Part shown: positions 46,390 through 58,689 of the stretch, piece after piece
Numbering within the stretch: the first letter of the stretch is position 1
How the letters are laid out: each line of letters starts with the position of its first letter
Source: Glycera tridactyla
Taxonomy: Eukaryota
NCBI GenBank assembly: GCA_965644265.1
Contig: OZ286469.1
Location: 62,930,001 to 62,994,000, forward strand
Direction: 5' to 3'
DNA: 64,000 bases
Made by a program: the position numbers and the translations under genes
Notes under the pieces: model-generated
Database searches by the model: none
Seen by the model: only the letters and a program-made list of their open reading frames with translations
Told to the model about the DNA's origin: nothing

Positions 46390-47391
46390 TTACCAATCTC
46401 CAGGGGAAAAAGCTCTCACCTCTCTCTTAATTGAGTACAACAATTCGGGATACAAGTATTGGTGCAGATGCTTATTGTCTTTGGTACCCTTAGCTGTCGT
46501 TTTCCGAATGTGTGCGTCCGGATGGAACCAGGTAGGCACTACCAAGGATGTCACACTTGGATGGGCGGCTACTCCTTCATTTACGTGCCAAGCCGCCCTC
46601 ATCCGCTCCTGGTCCCAATCCGGACGCGTTAAAACACTCAGAACATGAATTCTGGGCACAGGCAGCCCAGATTTCACTCGCAAGTACTCAACATACGACA
46701 AAAAAGAGTTCATATCATGAACAACCTCACTCGAAGTGGCAAAACGGCTCTTGCCACTCTCAATGTCGAAAACCCGACGAGCAAGATCATTCGAACCGTA
46801 TACAAACATGCAGACGTTGCATCTTAGAATCAGGTCACGAATGGAGGCAGATGAAATGTTTCCACAGGAAGGCTCTTTCTTTCCTTGCAGAACTTGCAAG
46901 GCCTCAGACCAAGTAAATCCTTCCCGCCCGGCCAAAGTTACATTAGTAGCTCCATCCAACGCTGAGAGGGGTATGCGAGCTACATGCGAACTTCCCATGA
47001 TGAGCACCTGGGTACGAGGGATGCACGAAACAGACGAAGCAGAGGAAGATGTAGTAGACAGAACGGGCAACGCGGCAGTTTGCGTAGAGATGACCCTGGT
47101 GCTCACTTCGGATGTCTGTGTAGAAATAGTTGTTGAGAAATCTGTCGACGGAGGGGAGATCGCAGCAGCTGATATAGGTGTAGCTATAGGTGCAGAAGAA
47201 GTTGTAACAGCAGACGAAGTCGTGACACCGGCTGTAGCAACTCGTAACTTCATTAACTCGGAGGTAGCAGCAGCCTGTTCGAAAATAGCAGCTTTCCGAG
47301 CCTTCAAATTTTGCCTTTGTCGCCTCTTCCGCAAGGCAAGCTTGCTGGGCATTCCACTAGGAGCAGGATGAAGAGCAGCTGTTGACTCCAT
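46390..47391 (-). CDS. Free-standing SGNH hydrolase paralogue (333 aa from ATG), basic + Ser/Thr/Ala-rich N-terminus
   Basis: IMGSSH, AGREG, YGSND, DNKH intact; clearly homologous to the array SGNH1/SGNH2 and ends PGDW like SGNH1. Confidence 0.88.
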   Translation of the reverse strand: MESTAALHPAPSGMPSKLALRKRRQRQNLKARKAAIFEQAAATSELMKLRVATAGVTTSSAVTTSSAPIATPISAAAISPPSTDFSTTISTQTSEVSTRVISTQTAALPVLSTTSSSASSVSCIPRTQVLIMGSSHVARIPLSALDGATNVTLAGREGFTWSEALQVLQGKKEPSCGNISSASIRDLILRCNVCMFVYGSNDLARRVFDIESGKSRFATSSEVVHDMNSFLSYVEYLRVKSGLPVPRIHVLSVLTRPDWDQERMRAAWHVNEGVAAHPSVTSLVVPTWFHPDAHIRKTTAKGTKDNKHLHQYLYPELLYSIKREVRAFSPGDW

Positions 47392-47540
47392 AATGGACGA
47401 TTCAGACGTAGCAGAGTTGTACACAAAGTAGTAGTAGTATTAGACACTGGAAGTTGGAAGTCTTCACAGGGTATGACTGAATCAGGGAAAAACAACCAGT
47501 TTTATGCCCACTAGCTAGCGCCCATTGGCTGGAGCCGCTC

Positions 47541-47830
47541 AGGTGTTAAACTGGGTGAGCAGCCACTCATAGCTGAGCCAGAGCCACCAACTAGCCGGCA
47601 AACTGACACCTCACGCCTAGACTAAGCGAGCACTCACCTATCCTAACACCTTGAGTTCAGCGAGTATTCTCAAGGTGCTAACAGAACTACTTACGATTGG
47701 TCACATAACACCTCAGGGTGAGGTAAATTGAGCAAGCACTCGCTTATTCTAACACCTCGAGCGAGAAGAATAATCTCGAGGTGTTATTAGCATCCTCTTT
47801 GAAACCGTTATATAACACCTCAGAGTGAGG
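47541..47830. repeat. Cluster of TAACACCT/AGGTGTTA motifs arranged as duplicated (~106-bp period) hairpin pairs
   Basis: Octamer at 47541(-), 47644, 47706, 47750, 47779(-), 47813; 12-bp stems 47644-47680 and 47750-47786 with 13-nt loops; ACCTCA-N3-TGAGGT near 47710 and 47817. Confidence 0.85.
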
Positions 47831-50653
47831 TAAACTGACGATACTCGACATAACCGGAAAACGGAATAATACATTTTAGAAAGAAATCACACATATCACA
47901 CTACATACACCTCATATACCACCCCCCTAGCACCACCTCAAAAGATCGTTTTTTGCATTTTCCGGCCGATGCATGTGACGGACATGGAATGGAGTCCCAT
48001 ATAGCCCACAAGGGAGGACTGTATGAATGGACTGTTTTTCGTGGACAGTTACCGCAAATTGGTCAAAAACACACTTTTTGAGCAATTCGGCTGCCGAGAA
48101 GTGAACTCGATCTCACGCGCAACATTATGCAATACGCACACAACATACACATAAAACACACACAATCGCCCACACACATCACCACATAACAATCTCAGTC
48201 GATACGATGACTGCTAATGACGAATTTGGGCGATTCTCAGACACCTCACAGGTGTAGGAAAAATGCCCACTCTCTGTTATGGCAAGCTGATTGACATCAT
48301 ATGTCAAGCAGTTCAGTCGGGTCACACAGAGATACACACACACACATCTGGAATGGTGAAAAATTAGGGCCCATGAAACACCGATCTGATTATAGAGAAC
48401 ATGTAGAGATCTGGGAAAAGGGGTTGCACCTACACACTCGCATACGCAAAAAACAACAAAGATCGCACACACACAACAACCACACACCTGCACACAAACA
48501 CACACAGCCTACACGCGCGCGCACTCACACATCCACAATATAAAAAACATCCACACAGTATGAAAGATGAATAAATGAAAGAATGAAAGGGAAAATGCGT
48601 GATCGATTGTATCTAGAAGAATAGGAATCGGTGGCAAAACATGGTAAGCGGCAGTTCCATAAACTACCGCTAGAGGGGGCACTGCGACGGAAAGCAATTT
48701 CCAGTCAAGTGCCCACTTATCCTCTAAAACCATCGTCATCGAGGTCGTTCCGAAGGATGTGAAAGATCGAAAGTGAAAAGTGCTGAAAGGGTAGGCTGAC
48801 GAAGGCATGCTGGGGACGTCTCCGGACACCGACATATGACACCTGCACATACCCAAAGTCTAAGAGTTTGAACCAAGGAGAGTCAGGAAAGTCATATGAA
48901 AATGGTGCCCGGTTGCTGTTCCGGCACATCAAGTCTGAAATTTCAGAGTTGACTGGCCCAAAATCAGCCTGAGGAATGAGGTAGTGGATGATGCATAAGT
49001 GTGAGATTGTATAACTGATAGAGCAAAAGAGGTGAAGAGGAAGACACAATGCGCCATCTTACTCACTCTTGAATTATTCAGACCTATGAATCTCAAAATA
49101 GGCAGGGCAAAGAAGCGCAGAGTCCCTTCCTCTACCAGTCATATATGTGTGCGTGCGTGATAATCGCTATGCAGCTGGGCAGAGAACACTGTCCCGCTGG
49201 GTGGCAATTATCACTAGGTTTCCCTTTCAGCGATGGTCTTCCCCTATCACTTCAGAACACAAAATTCGGGAGATGGGAGAATAACTTTCAACCATCTACC
49301 CTCGAGGGGATACCCTCTGGGCTCCTTTCAGAACACCAAATTGGGTATAAGCGGGCATCCAAGCGTAGCGATTTTGCCCCTACAACTGAATACGGAATAG
49401 GTTGTAGTGGGTGGGTAAGAGTGAAGGGCTGCGTTAACTTTCGAGGACGGGTTGGGGCTCTCAGCTTTGGGAGCAATCAAAATTGGCGATCCGTTGGTTC
49501 CTTTTGTAGCCTTCGTGCCGGAGTTGCTGAGTCCGACATGGTGATGAACGACGGATCTTCCTCTTCTTTCTATCGCACTTAAAGCTAAAGGCAGACTTAG
49601 TGCATCTGCCAAGGGGCCCTTAGGGGCCCTCGGGTACTTTCCCGAAACCTTCAACACACCCACTTGCCAACACTTGCGCACCGACCTCGGAAGCAGCAAC
49701 ATCTCCTCTCTCCAGCTCTCCAGCAGCCTCAACAACCTCGGACTACTCTCACTATCATCCTACTTCAGCTTAGCAGCCTTAGCTATTCACCATCACTCTC
49801 ACAGCAGCCAAGTGTTTCTACGAAACAGGTAGTGGTGAATTTTACATTTAGATTATTATTATTGTTGTTTTTGCCAGGGTTTTTGTCAGGATTAGCTCAG
49901 AACATCGTTGTTTACATCTGTATTTTCGGAAACTTAGCTCTCAACCGCCGGAATCTATCGTCGTGTCGAAAAACTAGTTTGAATCATAGGATCATTCCAA
50001 AAATTGCATAGCACATAGCTAGACGGACTATCTAAAAGCTCTAGAATTTTTGAGCGAAAAGCACTAGAATTGCCGAAACTACGGGACTTTTAGCGACACG
50101 GAAATAGCTCATCTTGATTAGACCCGTATTTAGCGTTCATCACTCTCACTTTCGGCTACGATATCTCCGCGGCATTTATATCCAACTCTCTGGTACATTA
50201 CATGCCTATTTAGAATCGTTATAGCTTTGTATACATCGATTTTGGATTAGTTGGGATTGCTAGTTTGGGAATTATCGCGCATAAACCGGAAAAACCTATC
50301 ACCGCGTCGGAAAATTACTTAAAATCGCTTGATCGCCACGAAAATCGCTGAGCATCTAGGTATACCAATTATCTATACGCTCTAGAATTATCAAATAGCT
50401 AGCTATAAAATTGACGGAATTACGGCATCTTTTGTGACGCGGAATTTGTAACTTATTGTCGGAAAGCTAAGTAGGTCAACGCGGTGACGGTACCGAGCGA
50501 CTTTACGCGTCACTGAACACGAGAGCGTGAGTACATCACTGAGCGCGGTCATCTCAACACCTCTCACTCATCAACACCTTCAAATCATCAACACCTCTCC
50601 ATCAGCAGTATCTCATCAACCTCATTCTTTCCATCATCATATCATCACCAAAC

Positions 50654-53600
50654 ATGTTCAACAGAATCATGGCTAAATTATCACCGAACAAATCACGCAA
50701 CAGCCCAACACAAGAAATTGTGACTGTCTCTAGTTCGGTGGAGGATGATCTGAGCCAAACTCTGCTTAACATCGAGAGTCTGGACACCAGTCTAGGCAGC
50801 ACCTTAGGGGACACCATAAACACCCCGAGGACTTACATCCAGACTCCTCAGACTCCACAGACACCTGCACACTCTTACAGTGCTGCAGTAGCTAGCACTA
50901 CCAACACACTCATGACACCACCGACACACAAACCATCTAGAAGCTCCAGACCAAGACAGCTTGGCAACGTACCTTCAGCACAAGACATAGCCGATCACCA
51001 TGCAAGCACTCGGACAAGCAAAGTGCGAATGTCACCGATAGTGACTAGAACTAAACTGAACACTGCTAACAATCCTCCAAAGAAACTGATAGCAAATCAT
51101 GCTATCTACTACAACAACCTGTACCTACCTGAGAGAACACCTGAAGTAGATCAAGGGGAAGTAGACATCTCGGTATTAGACAGATTCTCACTGAAGTACG
51201 GCATGGTTCCTCCCTCATACGTTCTGCAGCACGCTCGTGAAGATCTTACCATCGCTCAGATTAGCGGAAGATCGCATGTACAAATACACTGGGTGGACGG
51301 GCACTTCGTGACCTCACAACTGAAGGACAGGAAGGTGACCATCTGGGACTCGAGGCCTTCCCAGAATATGATCAAGCGGCTGAAACCGCAACTGAAAACT
51401 ATCTACAGGGAGGGTACCTTCAAACTAGTCCAGCATCGGCTAGTACAGGATCAGGGCAACAGCACAGACTGTGGTCCCTACGCAGCTGCATGTGCCCAAA
51501 CACTAATCATGTCAAAGGCAGATTCAGGACAGCTAGAGTTCGACCGACACACCGTCAGAGATATTTTCCAGGCAAACCTAGTCACTCTTGAATCCATTCC
51601 CTTCAAAACGAAGAGGAACCCACAAAAAACAGAGGATATCCTCGAAGACATGGCAGCGGAGGAACTCTTCGCACAAGCATCAGAACTAGAGGAAGCAGCG
51701 GATTCCTACCCCACGTTAGAGCAAACAGCTAGTCTTGCGACGTCACACAAGAAGAAAGACGTCAAAGAGGCCACCAGCCCAGCCACAAAACACACACACA
51801 CACACCTGCCCACACTACACAACAACAACAACAAACACACTGCAAGCAACCGCACACCACCCACGTTCAAAGACAAACTAGTTGTCTCTACCAACACAAC
51901 ACCAGTGAAAAAGACAGCTGCAGATTCCAGCAAACATACCTCTCTGGGGAAAACATCTACTAAGACTAGAAGGTCCAGCCCCAATAGCACACCGACTCCC
52001 AACGATGAGGTGTATGAGGAGCTCCTTGGGAACCTCAGACTAACACCAACACAAGTTAGCCAGGTGGAAATGGCGGACTCAGACTACCAGTTTCCTCTCA
52101 AGGAAGCAGATATAGAGCGACCAACTGCAATCACAGAAGAAACTGTGACAAAAGAAGACACCAGGGCCACTAGTACTACGGCGGTGCCAGTTTCGAATGA
52201 CCTCGATGCCCTGACTCTCAGTACGCCACCTGCCTTAGAGAAACCGACTGAAACAGGAAAACCTGATGAAAACTACTCGACAGCATCGATAGACCAGAGG
52301 GGAGACACGGATCAATTAGATAGCATGGTAAAGACAACTGAGTTTAGGGCGGACCCGATCCCATCAGATGACAGGGCATCTTCGGCTGTACATGGGGATA
52401 GCAGCTCAGTAGCACCAGATGACACGACAGAGTCGGCTGAACACGAGGAAAGTTCAGTCGGCCCTGTGGCTACACTAACCGGAAGCAAGGTAGCACCAGT
52501 TACACTCAACACACACACACCCAGGCCCACACCAGCACCTCGTCGCAAAAAACCCACAACAAACAAACCCGGCGAAACCACACCAACACAACAACACACA
52601 CCCACGAAAACGCCAGACACACACACAGACACGACCTCCCTTGCAACATGGCAACACGACAACATAACACAAAAATACCCAACATACGTTACGATGAGGA
52701 CAACTGAGTGGGAGAGCCATATGGAAATGGCCACAGTTATAGAGAAACATTTAGAGGGGGAAATCGAAATAGTTCCAGGCAGGGATTCGGGATCGACAGC
52801 GGTCATCCTCAGACCAATTACCGCCGAAGCTAACAGGTTTTTAGCAAATGCTAAAAACAAAATCAACAACAAACACTTAGCGTTGAGAATTAGAAACAAC
52901 AGAAACTTGGAGAGTACCTTCGTCATTTATAGAGTACCAAACACATATGATAACAAGAACTTCTTTTTAGATAGGAGAATTATGACAGCCGAACGAATAG
53001 CGGTTGACACAGAAAAAGGTTGGGGCACCTACAAAATTACAGGGGCTCTACACAGACCAGATATTTACAGACTTCCATCACACGAAGGGCACGAAAATCT
53101 CTTCTTTCCTACACATGAGTACATAGCCAGATTAGAAAGATGCCTTAGATGTCAAGGCTTCGAACACACGACAAGCAGTTGCAAGAATGTACTAGCTTGC
53201 GAGTACTGCGCGCAGAAACACAGGAGCAAAGATTGCCCGCAAAAAACAGCAGCTAGACCAAAATACAAATGTGCGAACTGTCTAAGAGAACACAGAGCCA
53301 GTTCCATACACTGTGCATTCAACATTGATCATAACAGAAAAGTCATAGCGCACAACAAAGAATTAGAGACGATCAGAAGCTTCGAGAACATGAATTATAT
53401 GATGGCCACAAAAAACGTAGCCAGGGAACTTGGTTATGAGGTACCAAAAACACCTGTTAGGATGTCGCCCTGGGAAACAGAAATGGCCAGACAGAGGGAA
53501 AACTACGGGAGAATATTAGAAAAAACAGGCACAATCGACAACACCTCTAACAAACAAACAATCCACACGAACACGCCAACACAACACTCCACAAACACAC

Positions 53601-54692
53601 AACCCGCAGACATGCTCACCAACACGCCAACACAAACCACTACAAACACACAACCTACGAACACGCAGCAGAACACAAACAAACAAACACCTCAACCACC
53701 CACTGCAAACAACGAAACAGACACCAACCTACCCACTCACAAACACGTTGGACAACAGACACGAGTCACCAGGCAGACTCACCCATATATAGGTATAAAG
53801 GAGACCACATGGGAAACCTTTTGTAGGGTCCACAGGGAGAATAAGAAGATGCATCAAGATAAAGTCTGGAAGGAATTTCTAGCAAACAAACTCATAGAGG
53901 AAAACAAAAAGAAAGAACGGAAACATAGAAGAGACAATAGACAGCCAGTGTCACTGTATATAGGGAGGCAGAAACAAGGACAACCACAGACAAACAAACG
54001 ACAACAACAACAACAACAGCAACGGCACAAACAAAACAACCAGCAACAACGACAGCAACGACAAGCACAACAGAACCAACACACGCGCCGAACATACAAC
54101 ACTCACCCACAACAACACCAACATCAACACCAATGCAAACAACACACACCTGCCTACAACAACCACCTACAACGCCGCAACAACAACACACAACACAAAC
54201 TAACCAAACCTCTCCCCTTCATCGAAATCTTCCGCTACCCACTACCCAAACCCAAACCGACCAACCCCTCCCTCAACGCTAAATTCGCCTCCTTTCCACA
54301 ACACCACCACACCGTTCTCCCGCCGCCGAACAAATCCACCCCCACCCCCCACCCACAAACGCTCCTTCACCAACCTACCCGCCCCCCACCGCCGCAAACA
54401 CCCGAAATCTCCCAACAATCCCTCTCCCTTACGCCACAACCGTCCCTTCTCCCCACGAAAACCAAACCTTCCAAAACCCAACCCAACACACCAACACAAC
54501 AACATCCACACACCCAACAATACATGCCACTACAACACGCCACAGACGTACATACAACAGCCTAACTATCAATATATGAATTGTAGACCAGCTATGACGA
54601 TGCCTCAACCACAATATATGATGATGCCTCAATTTCAGAGCATGCCCATGATTCAGGGAATGAATTCACAGCAGCCAATGGCATACTGTTAA
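50654..54692 (+). CDS. LINE copy B ORF1 (Ulp1-like protease, zinc knuckles); frameshift near the 3' end
   Basis: 1303-aa ORF 50654-54565; 8-nt deletion near 54308 relative to copy A; homologous stop (MAYC*) at 54692. His 51302, Asp 51347, Cys 51470. Confidence 0.9.
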
Positions 54693-57448
54693 AATTCACG
54701 GAAGAACAAGAAAAGAAAAGTAGGAACCTTAATATACTGCAGTGGAATGCGAACAGCTTGAAACACAAACTAGCCGCTCTAGAAGAGACAGTTAGGGCAC
54801 AGAACATAGACGTCATTCTACTGCAAGAAACAGGGAAAGGGAATTTTCTGCCAAAACTCCCTGGTTTCACGTTATAGATGGGACTCATTAGAAGATAGGG
54901 GCACAGTCACCATGGTAAAAGACTCGCTGCTCTCGGAAAAAATTAGCAACGTAGACCAGAATGACAGGTCAGTTGTATCAGTCAAAGTATGGTATGGTAG
55001 AGATACGTTAGTCTTTCACAACATTTATAGTAACCCTAAGTATAAAGAGTTAGAACTCTTAGATCTGATGAAAGGTGACGAGAACTCCTTTATAGGCGGA
55101 GATTTCAACGCAGTTAGCAAGGTCTGGTCAGATAGAGAAGACCAGGAAGGGAACCATATTTTAGCACAAATTGAAAACTCAGGAACTCACACATGCATCA
55201 ACGACGGGGATCCGACTAGACCAAACGGTAGGGCGGTCGATGTCACACTCATCGCGAATAGGTTAGCCCCCCTTTGCAGCTGGCACAGAGATAAATACCT
55301 ATGTAGTGATCACCACGCTATCCATACGAGAATATGTAAGGAATTTGAGAGAATAGAGATCGCCCACATTCCTAGAAGAAGGATCAAACAAGCTAATTGG
55401 AAAGAGTACGATAGAAAAATTACTGAATTACTAACTAGTTACACTCCTAGTGAAGATCTTGAAGTGCACGCTCAAGAAATTATAGATATAATTAATAGGG
55501 CCGCAGACAAGACGATCCCACTCAGCAAGAGACCAGTTGACAGGATAGCACCCTGGCTCAACCACCCAAAAGTTAGAGAAGCGAAAAGATTAATTAATCA
55601 CTTTTTAGGCATTAAAAAGAAACCAACATGCTCTGAGGATCTCAAGAATGAGCTTAGAAAAGAAATCACGATAGCAAAATCCTACTACGCTAGAAAGTGC
55701 CAAGTGGCCAAAAGGGAATACTTCCAAGAATTCTTAGATCAGATTGACCTGCATACTTCAGACTCTAAAGTCTGGAATACACTGAAGAGCATGGCAGGTG
55801 CCTACAAAAAAACTAAAATAGTAAACGATCCCAAAAAAGAAGCTGATAGGATCATTAAAAATTTTGCAGATCGCTGCAACGTCTCACCAGCCAGCCAGGA
55901 ACAACAAATAGAATTAGAAATCCTCAATCAAGAGAGAATGATTGAAATAGAAAGAGCTGAAGAGACTAGCTCGGACCTAGATAGACCTTTCGCAATGAGA
56001 GAATTTAGAACAGCCATACTCACAAATAGAAGAGATACTGCAGCTGGAGCTGACAACATTACTTACTCCATGATCAATAATTGCAGTCCGATAGCACATG
56101 AACATTTTCTTGAACTCTTGAACAAATCCTTTTTAAGTAGCAAACTACCCTCGGTTTGGATGGAAACAATCACCTGCGCCATACCGAAGAAAGAATTAGG
56201 CTCCTTTAGACCCATCACTCTACTGACAGTAATGGACAAATTACTTCAGAGAATGATTCTAGCACGACTTAGATACAAACTTCCAGAACCACACAAGCAC
56301 CTGTATGGATACACAAAAGGAAGATGTACCACAGATGCCTTAGCTCTAGTAATAGCGAGAATCTCAGAGAGATTACATAAGAAAAATGTTAGCAAGACTA
56401 CACCGATAGGGATCTTCTTGGACGTACTTAGGGCATTCGAAACATGCGACTCAACTACGATATGCTATAGATTAGTACAGAAGGGGGTACAGGGAATCAC
56501 CCTTAGATGGTTGAAAGCTTTTATGGGACCAAGGAAAAGCAAGGTTAGATTTCAAGGAGTATATTCTGATCTTTTACCCTTCCTGAAGGGCGTGCCTCAG
56601 GGATCCATTCTTAGTCCATTTCTATTTAACACACTAATGGAACATATAATAGAACAGGACTACCCGACAGGAGTCGAAGTCCTATCATATGCAGATGACT
56701 TAGCAATCATCTCTACAGGGCGGGAGGCCAGAAACAGAGCACAAACAGCCTTAAACAGAGTGGCAGCAGTATGCGCCGAGAACAGCCTTACACTTTCAAA
56801 GGAGAAGTCCAAGGCTATACACTTTAAAAACCCTAATAGCACGAAGACAGTTAGGGAGCTTACACTACATGGAGAAGAGCTCGATTGGGTAAAAGAGCAC
56901 ATGTACCTAGGGGTGATCCTGGACAGAGGGCTGAATCTAGGATCACACACCAAATATATCAAAAATAGAGCATCTCGTAGACTAAACATTCTCAGATGCA
57001 TTGCCGGTGCCACATGGTCCGATACTAGAACACTTAGAACTTATTATATAACATGCATTAGGAGCCTTTTGGAATACGCCGCACCGGCCTTAGCTTTAGT
57101 CAAAGGGAAAATGGGAGCTTCCTTTGAATCCACTCAAAACCACGCCATTAAATGTATATTAGGTTTACCTCGACATGCGCCCACAGAAGCAGCTCAGTGC
57201 GATAGTGGACTACCAGCCATGCGGCTTAGGTACCAACAGCTCACCCTTAACTACCTAGCCAAAAGGCTACACAGGGAAGATAGTCCAATCAGAGACCTCA
57301 TTTTAGGATCACAATACAGGGATTTAGAGCAGTTTAAAACTTATAGCTGGACAGCACATGCTGCGGCTTTTGTCAAAAGACACCTAGGAATAGAAACAGC
57401 TGAATCAATAGATCTATATGAGCAGAACATGCCAGAGAGGGCCCCTTG
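54587..57448 (+). pseudogene. LINE copy B ORF2, APE + RT part
   Basis: 2-nt deletion near 54870; long ORF 54912-57461; cut by the insertion before RNase H. Confidence 0.92.
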
Positions 57449-58299
57449 TTTGTTTGTATAAAGTTTTATTTGAAAAACATCGACCAAAATGGTCACATAA
57501 CATGTCACAAAAACTGAAGAAAATATGACAATAGAAACAGATGGCATAGCTAGATGACAGTCATCGAAAGATAGACTAGAGACATGTACCCTCCACTAGT
57601 ATTGAGGATGAATACTTTAGACATACAGGCTATGATTAAAATTACAAGCATTATGCAGACTTACAGGCAGACCTAAGTATAAATATCAGTCCCTCGTACA
57701 CTTAGTTGAGAAGTGTAGGTCCTGATAGTATCAGCAAATGATAACGATTGTAAGATAGTAAGTCATAATGAGAGTTGTAAGCCACGATCCGAAATGGTAA
57801 ACGATAGAGAACAAATTTAGGGGTGTGAAATCGTCATCCTAGCGGTTGAAGTCGGAATTAATCGCGGATATAGCGCCTCCGGCGGTCACTTTGTAAACTA
57901 TACGAAACAAGATGGCGAAGATGCGTTTAGATGACATTTGTCGACGAATAAAGAATCATCTCAGCGAGAAAACATGGCAAGTACGGGTATTTTCGTCGTG
58001 CGAATCGCGTAAACGCTTATACGAGAAGTGATCGCGACTATTTGTCGCAGCCCGCTGGGTTTATTTATATCCTAATAACCGGTTTTTCGCGAAGAACCTC
58101 GAATATCGCTCACAACATTGCAGGGCTTCCCCCGGAATTCAGTGTTTGTTTACCCAAGCTACGTTGTTTGTTCAATAAAGCCAGGTAGACAGAAGGGCAG
58201 TACTAGACACCATTATGTTATATTGATGCAGTAATAGCATTGTTTGCACATCAAAAACCAGGCAGGTAGAAATGCAATAATAAGCACATTGATACTGAG

Positions 58300-58452
58300 A
58301 TACATACACACACTCACAACACACTCCCACACACACAAACAAACACTCATCCGCACACAAGCATGCACTCAGTCATTCACTCATACTCATACACACACAC
58401 GCACACACATACACAGACACACCTACACACACACACACACACACATACACGC
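58300..58452 (+). repeat. (CA)n-rich tract in the 3' region of the CR1/L2-type insert
   Basis: Directly visible. Confidence 0.9.
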
Positions 58453-58689
58453 ACAAAAGTCACTTGGACTGGTGACAATCCGATGTTTGCCCCCAGCCAT
58501 AAATTGTCTAATGTAGCACTGCCCAACTGTCAACCCTGTTCACTCGATCCTCAACAGATACACCAATACACTGTAGTGATCTTTCATGAGTCTTCAAACT
58601 AGGGCTCATATTAATAGTTTCAAAAACATTGGGCATAATTACATGCAGTGATATAAGGAATTTGTTCTTAGGATATTTACATAGACAAC

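Larger units (their letters stand above)
49659..57448 (+). mobile_element. I-group LINE copy B, 5' part (interrupted)
   Basis: 5'UTR closely matches copy A; ORF1 and ORF2 collinear up to ...NMPERAP, where an insertion begins. Confidence 0.93.

Noticed and set aside
48668-48685. CTCF-like motifs (CCGCTAGAGGGGGCAC; also CCACCAGGTGCC at 46073 and 46158)
   Set aside because: Each misses a conserved core position; near-matches are expected by chance.
49611-49632. AAGGGGCCCTTAGGGGCCCT dimer as a telomeric-type repeat
   Set aside because: Only two copies and not TTAGGG/TTAGG.
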